Below are positions 8,800 through 15,136 of a stretch of DNA of 15,136 bases, piece by piece; the first letter of the stretch is position 1, and each line of letters starts with the position of its first letter. The stretch covers positions 1-15,136 of the forward strand of contig JBBQEB010000092.1 in the NCBI GenBank assembly GCA_038320275.1, written 5' to 3'. The notes below the pieces were generated by a model that saw nothing but the letters and a program-made list of their open reading frames with translations, ran no database searches and was not told where the DNA came from. Made by a program: the position numbers and the translations under genes. The stretch comes from Myxococcales bacterium. GTDB taxonomy: Bacteria; Myxococcota; Myxococcia; Myxococcales; Anaeromyxobacteraceae.

Positions 8800-10002
8800 C
8801 TACCCAGAAACGCGCGCAGGGGTCGCGACGGAAGCCGCCTCGCGGCGAGCCGGGATCTCGAGGATGAACCTCGACCCGTTGAAGTGGTGCGCGCCGACGC
8901 TGGGCTGGGTGTGCGGGGGGCTCTCGACGACCAGCGTCCCGCCGTGCGCCTCGGCGATGCGCCTCGCGACCGGCAATCCCAGCCCCGAGCCCGGGCGGCG
9001 CGCCTCGTCGGCGCGGTCGGCGTGCGGAAAGGGCTCGAAGATGCGCTCCACCTCGGGGGCGTGCACGCCGGGCCCCTGGTCGTACACCGCGAACCTCAGC
9101 CGCTCCGGCTCACGGCTCACCTCGACCAGCACCTCGCCCCCGTGCGGCGAGAACTTCACCGCATTGGACACGACGTTGGCGAGGGCTTGACGCAGCTTGC
9201 GTGGGTCCGCGAGCACGGGCGCGCTCCCGGAAGGGAGCACCTCCAGGTGGAGCCGCGCGTCCCGCGCGAGCGGGCGCAGCTCGGCGACGACCTCCTCGGC
9301 CATGATGTCAGGGCTCACCGGCGCCGAGGCGAGCACCGCCTTCCCCGACTGCAGGCTGGCGAAGTCGGAGAGGTTCTCGATGATGCGCGCCAGCCGGCCC
9401 ACCGCAGCCGACATCCCCTCCACCACCTTGTGCTGCCGCTCGTCGAGGGTGCCCAGCTTGTCCGAGAGCAGGATCTTTGCATAGCCGGAGAGCGGCGTGA
9501 GGGGCGTCGAGAGCTCGTGCACGAGGTCCTGCAGGAACACGACCCGGCGCCGATCGAGATCCTGCATTCGCGTGCGCGCCTCGCCCGCCGCGGAGAGCGC
9601 GCTGCCGAGCCGCGACACCAGCTCCCGGCGGGCCTCAGCCTCCTCTGTCGGTTCGAGGGCATCGCGGCGGCCGGCCGCGAAGCCGAGCACCTCGCGCGCG
9701 AGCTCGTCCTCTGACCCCGCGACGTCCACCCAGCCGGCGCAGCCCAGCGCGAGGGCGAGCGGGCGCGAGGCGGGCTCGCCGGCGACGATCACGGGGAGCC
9801 GCTGGGTGGCCCTTTCGCCCTGAAGGGACAGGACCGCGCCGATCCACGCCTGTGGGTCACCGGCGGCGATCACCAGCGCGAGGTCGAGCGGCGCCTCACC
9901 CGCGGCGGGCACCGCTGCGGCGAGCGCGGCCCCCGCTCGCGCCAGCGCCGCGCACGCGCGAGCGCGGCCCTCCTCTTCCCCGATGCACAGGATCCGCAGC
10001 AT
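8800..10002 (-). CDS. Cytoplasmic histidine kinase (degenerate receiver-like N-terminus + HisKA + HATPase_c)
   Basis: H-box HELSTPLT, N-box NVVSNAVKFS, G1 DQGPGV, F-box IFEPF, G2 GSGLGL. No clear transmembrane segment. Confidence 0.92.
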   Translation of the reverse strand: MLRILCIGEEEGRARACAALARAGAALAAAVPAAGEAPLDLALVIAAGDPQAWIGAVLSLQGERATQRLPVIVAGEPASRPLALALGCAGWVDVAGSEDELAREVLGFAAGRRDALEPTEEAEARRELVSRLGSALSAAGEARTRMQDLDRRRVVFLQDLVHELSTPLTPLSGYAKILLSDKLGTLDERQHKVVEGMSAAVGRLARIIENLSDFASLQSGKAVLASAPVSPDIMAEEVVAELRPLARDARLHLEVLPSGSAPVLADPRKLRQALANVVSNAVKFSPHGGEVLVEVSREPERLRFAVYDQGPGVHAPEVERIFEPFPHADRADEARRPGSGLGLPVARRIAEAHGGTLVVESPPHTQPSVGAHHFNGSRFILEIPARREAASVATPARVSG

Positions 10003-10018
10003 GGCTGACCGGTGGGAT

Positions 10019-11350
10019 CTAGCGCCGCTGCAGGCGGCTCGCCCACCCGTCGAGCTCCGCCAGAAGTCGCTCCGGGTGGTTGTGGGCCGGTTCTTCCAGC
10101 ACGAGGTCGAGCAGGTGCCGCAGCGCCTCGCCCACCACAGGCCCCCCCCGCACGCCGAGTCGCGCCATCACCGCAGCGCCGTCGATGGCGAGGTCGGAGG
10201 TGGCGATGGGCGGGCGGTCGCGATCCACGCTCGCGAGCAGGGCCTGGAAGCGGCGCAGCCTCCGCCGCAACGTCCTCGAGGACGCGAGCGGCCGCACGGC
10301 GAGGGCGTCGGCTCTCCACAGTGCGACGAGGAGCGGCGCGCGGGTCCGCCCCGACCTCGCGAGCCAGCGCCTCGCCGCGGCCGCAGCCACAGGGAGGCGC
10401 GCGCCAGGGTCGAGCGGGCAGTCGTGTGCCGACACCAGGAACGACACCGTCTCGCGAATCGCCCCCGAGAATCGAAGCCGGTCGAGCGCACCGCCCGCGC
10501 GACGGGCAGCGGCCGCGGCATTCCCCCCGCCCGCCGGATGCAGGAGCGCGGCCAGCCGCACCGCCAGCGGGCCATCGGCCCATGCTGCCGCGGCGAGGGC
10601 GTGAGCGCGCGGCGCCGCGTCCAGCTCCGCCACCTCCGGCAGCGCGACCTGAAGGAGCCCGGTCGCCTCGAGCACGTCCAGGCCGTGGCGGACGTGGCGC
10701 CCGAGGAGCAGCTTCGACAGCTCCTGGGCGACGCGCTCGGCCGACACGCGCCGCGCGACGTCCAGCGCCCCCGGGATGGCAGCGACCGTGCGCGCCTCCA
10801 GCGCGAAGCCGAGCTGGGATGCGAAGCGGGCCGCCCGCAGCGGGCGCAGCCCGTCCTCCCGGAAGCGGGCCGCTGGGTCACCCACCGCGCGCAGGATCCC
10901 GCGGCGCAGGTCGGACCTCCCGTCGAACGGGTCCTCGAAGGCACCGCTCAGGGGATCGAAGGCGAGCGCGGTCACGGTGAAATCGCGCCGGGCGAGGTCC
11001 GCCGTGAGGTCGCCGTGGAAGGTCACCGAGGAGGGCCGGCGGCCGTCCGCGTAGGCGCCTTCCCCGCGGAAGGTGGTCACCTCGAGGGCGGTGCCCCCCT
11101 CCAGCACCGTGACCGTGCCGTGCTCGATGCCGGTGGGCAGGACGCGCCGGAAGAGCTTCATCACCTCCTCCGGCCGGGCCGGGGTGGCGAGGTCGTGGTC
11201 GCCGGCGCCCCGCGCGCGGCCGCGGAGGTGGTCACGGACCGCACCGCCGACGATCCACGACCGATGTCCTGCCTCCAGGAGCCTTCGCAGGACCGCGATC
11301 ACGGGCGCGGGAAAGCGGGCGCGGCGGAGCGCCGGCGGAGCGCGCGTCAT
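10019..11350 (-). CDS. cca: Class II tRNA nucleotidyltransferase (CCA-adding enzyme)
   Basis: VGGAVRD...DHDLAT, GIEHGTVTV, EVTTFRGEGAYADGRRP, DLARRDFT, DPFDG, EDGLRPLRAARF, VSAERVAQELSKLL, and C-terminal LAIDG...GPVVGEAL. Start ATG 11350 overlaps the MBL gene stop (ATGA). Confidence 0.9.
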   Translation of the reverse strand: MTRAPPALRRARFPAPVIAVLRRLLEAGHRSWIVGGAVRDHLRGRARGAGDHDLATPARPEEVMKLFRRVLPTGIEHGTVTVLEGGTALEVTTFRGEGAYADGRRPSSVTFHGDLTADLARRDFTVTALAFDPLSGAFEDPFDGRSDLRRGILRAVGDPAARFREDGLRPLRAARFASQLGFALEARTVAAIPGALDVARRVSAERVAQELSKLLLGRHVRHGLDVLEATGLLQVALPEVAELDAAPRAHALAAAAWADGPLAVRLAALLHPAGGGNAAAAARRAGGALDRLRFSGAIRETVSFLVSAHDCPLDPGARLPVAAAAARRWLARSGRTRAPLLVALWRADALAVRPLASSRTLRRRLRRFQALLASVDRDRPPIATSDLAIDGAAVMARLGVRGGPVVGEALRHLLDLVLEEPAHNHPERLLAELDGWASRLQRR

Positions 11351-12132
11351 CGCGCCCCCGCGGCGAAGCGTTCGAGGAGCCCGCGCGCGGGCCCGTCCGC
11401 CGAGCAGCCACCGTGGCCGGTGCAGATGCGGCGCACCTGCATTCCCGCGAGCCGGCCCGCCAGCCCCGCCACCGAGCGGTCGTTGGCGTCCGAATCGGCG
11501 CTGAAGAAGCGCGGCCCTGGCGCGAGCTCGCCGTCCTTCAGCGTGGCCGCGTCGCCCAGGAAGAGCACGCCTTTCCAGAGGAAGGCGGTGGAGCCGCGGG
11601 TGTGTCCGGGAATCGGGAGGGCCAGCACCTCGCCGCGGCGGCCGCCCAGCGCCACCCGCGCGTCGCCGCGGAGCGGGTCGGTGACCACCGCCGGTGCCCG
11701 GGGCATGAGGAGGCCCGCGACGACCCCCAGCGCACCCGGTGCCTTTTCGCGCCCCGCGGCCAGCTCCACGTCGTCCCTGCCCGCGTGCACCCGGGCCCCC
11801 GGCAGCGACCCGGCGCCACCGGTGTGGTCCGTATGGCCATGCGTGAGAAAGACGTCGGCCACCCTGGGGTGGTGCGCGGGGTCGAGGGCGCGGAGCGCGG
11901 CCTCGATGGGCCGGCCGCGCGGGTCGAGGCCGGCGTCGAACAGGAGAACCTCGTCTCCGGCGCTGGCCGCGTACAGCCAGACGCCGCTCGCCACTTCCCC
12001 CACCAGCCCGGGCTCGATGATGACGGTCGGGGTCGTCCGCCCCAGCCCCGCCCGCATGGCGATGGCAGCCCCTCCGAGGATGAGCGCGAGGAGCATCACC
12101 AGGGCGGCGGCGACGCGGGCAAGGAGACGCAT
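11347..12132 (-). CDS. MBL-fold metallo-hydrolase with N-terminal signal/TM anchor
   Basis: THGHTDH (HxHxDH), FDAG, PGHTRGS, LFLGD, CTGHG. Hydrophobic N-terminus MRLLARVAAALVMLLALILGG; start taken at ATG 12132. Confidence 0.87.
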   Translation of the reverse strand: MRLLARVAAALVMLLALILGGAAIAMRAGLGRTTPTVIIEPGLVGEVASGVWLYAASAGDEVLLFDAGLDPRGRPIEAALRALDPAHHPRVADVFLTHGHTDHTGGAGSLPGARVHAGRDDVELAAGREKAPGALGVVAGLLMPRAPAVVTDPLRGDARVALGGRRGEVLALPIPGHTRGSTAFLWKGVLFLGDAATLKDGELAPGPRFFSADSDANDRSVAGLAGRLAGMQVRRICTGHGGCSADGPARGLLERFAAGAR

Positions 12133-12149
12133 CGCCGCACCATGCCGGG

Positions 12150-12243
12150 CCGCGCCGGGCAGGGCAATATCCGGACTTCGGGAGCTCACGCAACGCCGGG
12201 CCTCGAGGGAACAGCTCCCGGCCGGCGCGGTGTCCGGCGCGGT
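12150..12243. repeat. Nested inverted repeats (structured intergenic element 3' of the HNH gene)
   Basis: CGGGAGCT 12179-12186 / AGCTCCCG 12213-12220; CCGGAC 12171-12176 / GTCCGG 12232-12237; CCGCGCCGG 12150-12158 / CCGGCGCGG at 12222-12230 and 12234-12242; palindrome CCTCGAGG 12201-12208. Confidence 0.5.
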
Positions 12244-12244
12244 A

Positions 12245-13909
12245 TCACGGCCGCGGCCCGTCCCAAGGCTCGCCGAGGAGAGACCAGCGCAGGTCGGGCG
12301 CGCGGCCGGTGACGCCGAGGAAGCCGCCGTGGAGGCAGCGCAGGTGATGGTAGGCGCAGATCGCGGCGAGGTTCTCCGGCTCGTCGCCGCCGCCTTGGGA
12401 GCGGAAGAGGACGTGGTGTGCGTGCGCCGCCCGGTGGCTGCAGCCAGGTACCTGACACTCACCGCCGTCGCGGTCGCGCGCTTTCCTGGAACGGGTGCGG
12501 GCCACCTTCACGGTGCGGCCCCAGGTGTCCACGAAGTGCTGGGCGAGCAGCCCGAGGCAGGTTCCGATCGAGAGCGGCGTCCTGAGGTGCTGCCGGAGGG
12601 CATGGACCGCCGAGGCGAGCAGGGACGCGATGCGGAGGGGCAGAGGCACCCGGATGGTCCGCCGCGCACGCAGCTGCCGCTCTGCCTCGAGGTCGAGCGC
12701 GCGCCGGAGCGCGACACAGGTAAAGGCGTGGGCTCGGGGCGTCCACCCTGCCAGCTCCCCGTCCGGGAGGCGCGCCAGGAGCCGCAGCTTCTCGAAGGGT
12801 AGCCCCTGCCGCTTTGCTTCCCGCAGCTCGGGCGAGCGCCAGCGCCGCTCCTCCAGCGCTGCGCGCTGCTCGACGGAGCGGGCGGAGAGCCCCAGCCGCT
12901 CCTCGCAGTACTGACGGAAGCTGGCGAAGCCGAGGAGCTGGTACATCCGGCTCTTCTTCACGGCGAGGCCGCAGTAGCCGACGAGGTCGTCCCACTGCGC
13001 TCGCAGCCGGGCCAGCTCCCGGAGAGCGGCGTCCAGCTCCTGGGCGGTGGCGCCGGCCTCGAAGGTCGCCCCCGGCACGGGCACCTTGGGGAGCGCGGAC
13101 AAAAGCGACCACCGCTCCGTTTCGGCCTCCAGCTCGGCCGCCCGCTGATGCACCCGCGCCTGCGTTCCTGCCCCCACCGAACGGAGAGCCCCACCCATCT
13201 CTCGTAGGTGGTCGGCGTCGGGAACGTCGGGGTGCGCCGGCAGGACGCTCGCGAGCTCCTGGGCCATGGCCTCCACCTGCTCCATCCGGCTCGAGCCCGG
13301 CATCAGCTCGCCAGCGAGCTCCAGCGCCTCGTCCACCACCGCGCGCTCCTCGTCGTCGAGCGTGGCGCGCAGGGTCAGCCAGGCTTCCTCGTCCTCGTCC
13401 GGGAGCGCGCCCGCCCGGCGCACCCGCTCCTCCAGCTCGCGCACCGTGAGCCGCGCCGCCCGCTCCACCCAGACCCGCTCCTCGTCGCCCTTTGCCACCC
13501 CAAGCACCGTCTGCGCCGCCCGCAGGCGGACCCGGCCCGACCGGAGCGCCTCGCGCAGCAGCGGCCGGCCCCCCAGCTCGCGGCCCAGGCGCGCCAGCTC
13601 CTCCGCCGCGCGGCGGCCCAGGTCGAGCACCTCGCGCGCGTAGTCGTCGAGGTGGCAGCCGAGCCGGGGCAGCCGATCGCCCTGCCGGAGCGCGTGCAGC
13701 CCCTCCGCCAGCGCGACGTCCACCGCCCCGCGCCCGCGCGCCGCCCGGGCCAGGATCTCCTCGCAGAAGTCTGCCTCCGCCTCGCCACCGCGAAAGAGCG
13801 CGTCCAGCTCCGCCGAGGTGAACGGCTCCAGGTCGAGGACCGCCCCCGCGGAGGCGGGCCGCCGGGCCGCGGCAGCGTCTTGGGCGGGCGAGTTGCGCAC
13901 AGTGAACAT
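12245..13909 (-). CDS. HNH endonuclease with duplicated DUF222-like helical domain
   Basis: C-terminal RDGGECQVPGC...HAHHVLFRSQGGGDEPENLAAICAYHHLRCLH (HNH with CxxxxC/CxxH Zn ligands). Two similar helical repeats lie upstream. Start is uncertain: ATG 13993, ATG 13909 or GTG 13900. Confidence 0.88.
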   Translation of the reverse strand: MFTVRNSPAQDAAAARRPASAGAVLDLEPFTSAELDALFRGGEAEADFCEEILARAARGRGAVDVALAEGLHALRQGDRLPRLGCHLDDYAREVLDLGRRAAEELARLGRELGGRPLLREALRSGRVRLRAAQTVLGVAKGDEERVWVERAARLTVRELEERVRRAGALPDEDEEAWLTLRATLDDEERAVVDEALELAGELMPGSSRMEQVEAMAQELASVLPAHPDVPDADHLREMGGALRSVGAGTQARVHQRAAELEAETERWSLLSALPKVPVPGATFEAGATAQELDAALRELARLRAQWDDLVGYCGLAVKKSRMYQLLGFASFRQYCEERLGLSARSVEQRAALEERRWRSPELREAKRQGLPFEKLRLLARLPDGELAGWTPRAHAFTCVALRRALDLEAERQLRARRTIRVPLPLRIASLLASAVHALRQHLRTPLSIGTCLGLLAQHFVDTWGRTVKVARTRSRKARDRDGGECQVPGCSHRAAHAHHVLFRSQGGGDEPENLAAICAYHHLRCLHGGFLGVTGRAPDLRWSLLGEPWDGPRP

Positions 13910-13929
13910 CCTCACACGCGGGTCTGACG
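13908..13929 (-). promoter_or_regulatory. Candidate DNA-damage-type promoter (GTCAG-N10-(-10) geometry) for the HNH gene
   Basis: Minus strand: CGTCAG (13929-13924), 10 nt, GAGGAT (13913-13908), 7 nt, then in-frame GTG (13900). Resembles the actinobacterial RecA-NDp/PafBC motif TGTCGG-N10-TA-N3-T. Confidence 0.4.
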
Positions 13930-13995
13930 GTGCGGCGGCGCGAAAAGCGGCGCGACAGGGAAGATCGGCGAGAGCTCGGGAGGTCGTGGGCATGC

Positions 13996-14127
13996 CGCGG
14001 CCCCGAGGAGTGGCTCGCCACCTTCGCCGTCCCCATCCGCGCTCAGGGCGCCATCGACCGCTCCCCTCCAGTGCCTTACGACCTCATCATCGAGGGCAAG
14101 CAGTACTGGGAACGTCTCAAGCCGGGC
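13996..14127 (+). pseudogene. istB: Degenerate C-terminal fragment of IS21-family helper ATPase IstB
   Basis: RGPEEWLATFAVPIRAQGAIDR...YDLIIEGKQYWERLKP matches the IstB C-terminal pattern (SNR...EW...F.D....A.AILDR.......I.G.SYR). No start codon or Walker motifs upstream. Confidence 0.65.
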
Positions 14128-14271
14128 ACGAAGCTGGACACCGCCCCAATGAGAAGGCGAAGGGGCCGCGAAGGGACGAGTCAATCGTTATTGCGCCTGG
14201 ACTCGCGGTCGGATGACGTAGTGAGCCGCACCCGGTTTTCTGGACACGGTGCTGTAGTGTCCAAGGAGACC

Positions 14272-14682
14272 ATGATGAAGAACGGGAAGCGGATGGATAA
14301 GGACACGGTGGGTGAAGCGGAGGGAGCCGGTAGGGCGACCGGAGATTCACCCACCGGCACGGGCGTTGGGCCCCTGGCGCCGGGCCAGCGCTGGAGCGTG
14401 ATGCGCAAGCGGGAGGTGGTGCTGCGCCTGTTGCGGGGCGAGCCGGTGGACGCGCTCTCGCGGGAGCTGGGTGTCGAGGTCTATCGGCTGGAGGAGTGGA
14501 AGCAGCGCGCGTTCAGCGGGATCGACGCCTCGCTGCGTGAGCGGGAGGCGACCTCGGAGCGGGTGGAACTGGATTCGGCGATGAAGCGTCTCGGCGAGCT
14601 GATGATGGATCACGAACTGCTGCTGGAACGCTGCAGGAGGAGCGGCGTGAGCCCTTTGGTCTCGAGGAGGTCCGGGAAATGA
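14272..14682 (+). CDS. IS3-family transposase OrfA (HTH + leucine-zipper-like coil)
   Basis: RBS AGGAG at 14264-14268. RWSVMRKREVVLRLLRGEPVDALSRELGVEVYRLEEW HTH, then KRLGELMMDHELL. Start is ATG 14272 or 14275. Confidence 0.85.
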   Translation: MMKNGKRMDKDTVGEAEGAGRATGDSPTGTGVGPLAPGQRWSVMRKREVVLRLLRGEPVDALSRELGVEVYRLEEWKQRAFSGIDASLREREATSERVELDSAMKRLGELMMDHELLLERCRRSGVSPLVSRRSGK

Positions 14683-15136
14683 GCGCCTCGGCCTCCCCGA
14701 CGAGCGGCGAGCCCTACGGCGTCGAGCGTGTCTGCCGAGTCTTCGAGACAGCGCGCTCGACCTACTACGCCCACCTGAAGCCGGTCCCGATCTCGAGGCC
14801 GCCGCCCGAGAGGCGCGGTCCCAAGCCGATGGTCTCCGATGACGAGCTCTTGGAGCACATCGAGGCCGACCTCGAGTCCTCGCCCTTCCACGGGGAGGAC
14901 TACCGGAAGGTCTGGGCGCGCTGCGGGTGCTGAAGAACGTGCGCGTCTCGGCCAAGCGCGTCCTGCGCCTGATGCGCGAGAACAAACTCCTCTCACCGCG
15001 TCGGAGCCGCCAGGGCAGCGGCAAGGCTCACGACGGGACGATCATCACCGCCGCCCCGAACGTCATGTGGGGCACGGACGGCATGCGCGTCCAGACCGTC
15101 GAGGACGGCTGGGGCTGGATCTTCATCGCGGCCGAG
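14679..15136 (+). pseudogene. IS3-family transposase OrfB (DDE integrase), frameshifted near 14920, partial
   Basis: VERVCRVF..ARSTYY and SPFHGEDYRKVWAR, then a stop at 14931-14933. Homology continues in another frame from 14921: LRVLKNVRVSAKRVLRLMRENKLL...HDGTIITAAPNVMWGTDGMRV...DGWGWIF. This implies a 1-bp deletion. Confidence 0.85.

Larger units (their letters stand above)
14222..15136 (+). mobile_element. IS3-family insertion sequence, left part (runs off the window)
   Basis: Left end TGAGCCGCACCCGGTTTTCTGGACAC resembles an IS3-type IRL starting with TG, followed by orfA (HTH) and orfB in the -1 frame with a WGTD integrase motif. Confidence 0.88.

Noticed and set aside
11347..12132. MBL hydrolase as an RNase Z-like tRNA 3'-processing enzyme because it is coupled to cca
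   Set aside because: It has an N-terminal signal/TM segment and no recognisable RNase Z exosite or motifs, so it is more likely an exported hydrolase. There is also no evidence that it is a true beta-lactamase.
11351..12462. N-terminal extensions of cca (to 12193) and of the MBL gene (to 12462); likewise kamE to 4688
   Set aside because: The extensions overlap neighbouring genes and lack homology-like content. ATGA overlaps or the signal peptide indicate the shorter starts.
9983..12802. 939-aa plus-strand ORF, and other long antisense or alternate-frame ORFs (1616-3514, 5218-6543, 6754-8388, 8425-9714, 5063-6619, 12459-14036)
   Set aside because: Shadow ORFs expected in very GC-rich DNA. 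They are low-complexity Arg/Gly/Ala/Pro-rich, have no motifs, and overlap well-supported genes.
12141..13997. CATGCCG at 12141-12147 and 13991-13997 as a target-site duplication around the HNH module
   Set aside because: The positions are suggestive, but a GC-rich 7-mer can recur by chance and no terminal inverted repeats support it. It needs an empty-site comparison.
13930..14682. 250-aa ORF as a single gene
   Set aside because: Chance in-frame join of the istB relic, spacer and IS3 left end with orfA. The real orfA has its own RBS and ATG at 14272/14275.
1..15136. CRISPR array, tRNA, rRNA, or lysine/cobalamin riboswitch
   Set aside because: No regularly spaced repeats or RNA-gene signatures were seen. 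The gap upstream of kamD is only 21 bp, too short for a riboswitch.

Overview
Very GC-rich bacterial DNA whose gene content suggests Myxococcota (Anaeromyxobacter-like); this is inferred, not confirmed. From the left: the 3' end of a histidine kinase coupled to a sigma-54 NtrC/AtoC-type response regulator (+), then convergent PilZ and HU genes (-). A long, tightly packed minus-strand run follows (12132 down to 2429): MBL-fold hydrolase, class II CCA-adding enzyme, cytoplasmic histidine kinase, mnmA, a geranylgeranyl-reductase-family flavoprotein, and a partial lysine-fermentation cluster (kamD, an interposed lipoprotein, kamE, kal, kce). The right end is accessory. It holds a ~550-aa HNH endonuclease with an internally duplicated DUF222-like helical domain, a DNA-damage-type promoter candidate upstream and a nested inverted-repeat element just downstream. 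Beyond it lie a decayed IS21 istB fragment and the left part of an IS3-family element with a frameshifted orfB. The best novelty candidates are the HNH module with its flanking non-coding elements and the lipoprotein coupled between kamD and kamE. No CRISPR array, rRNA or tRNA was seen.
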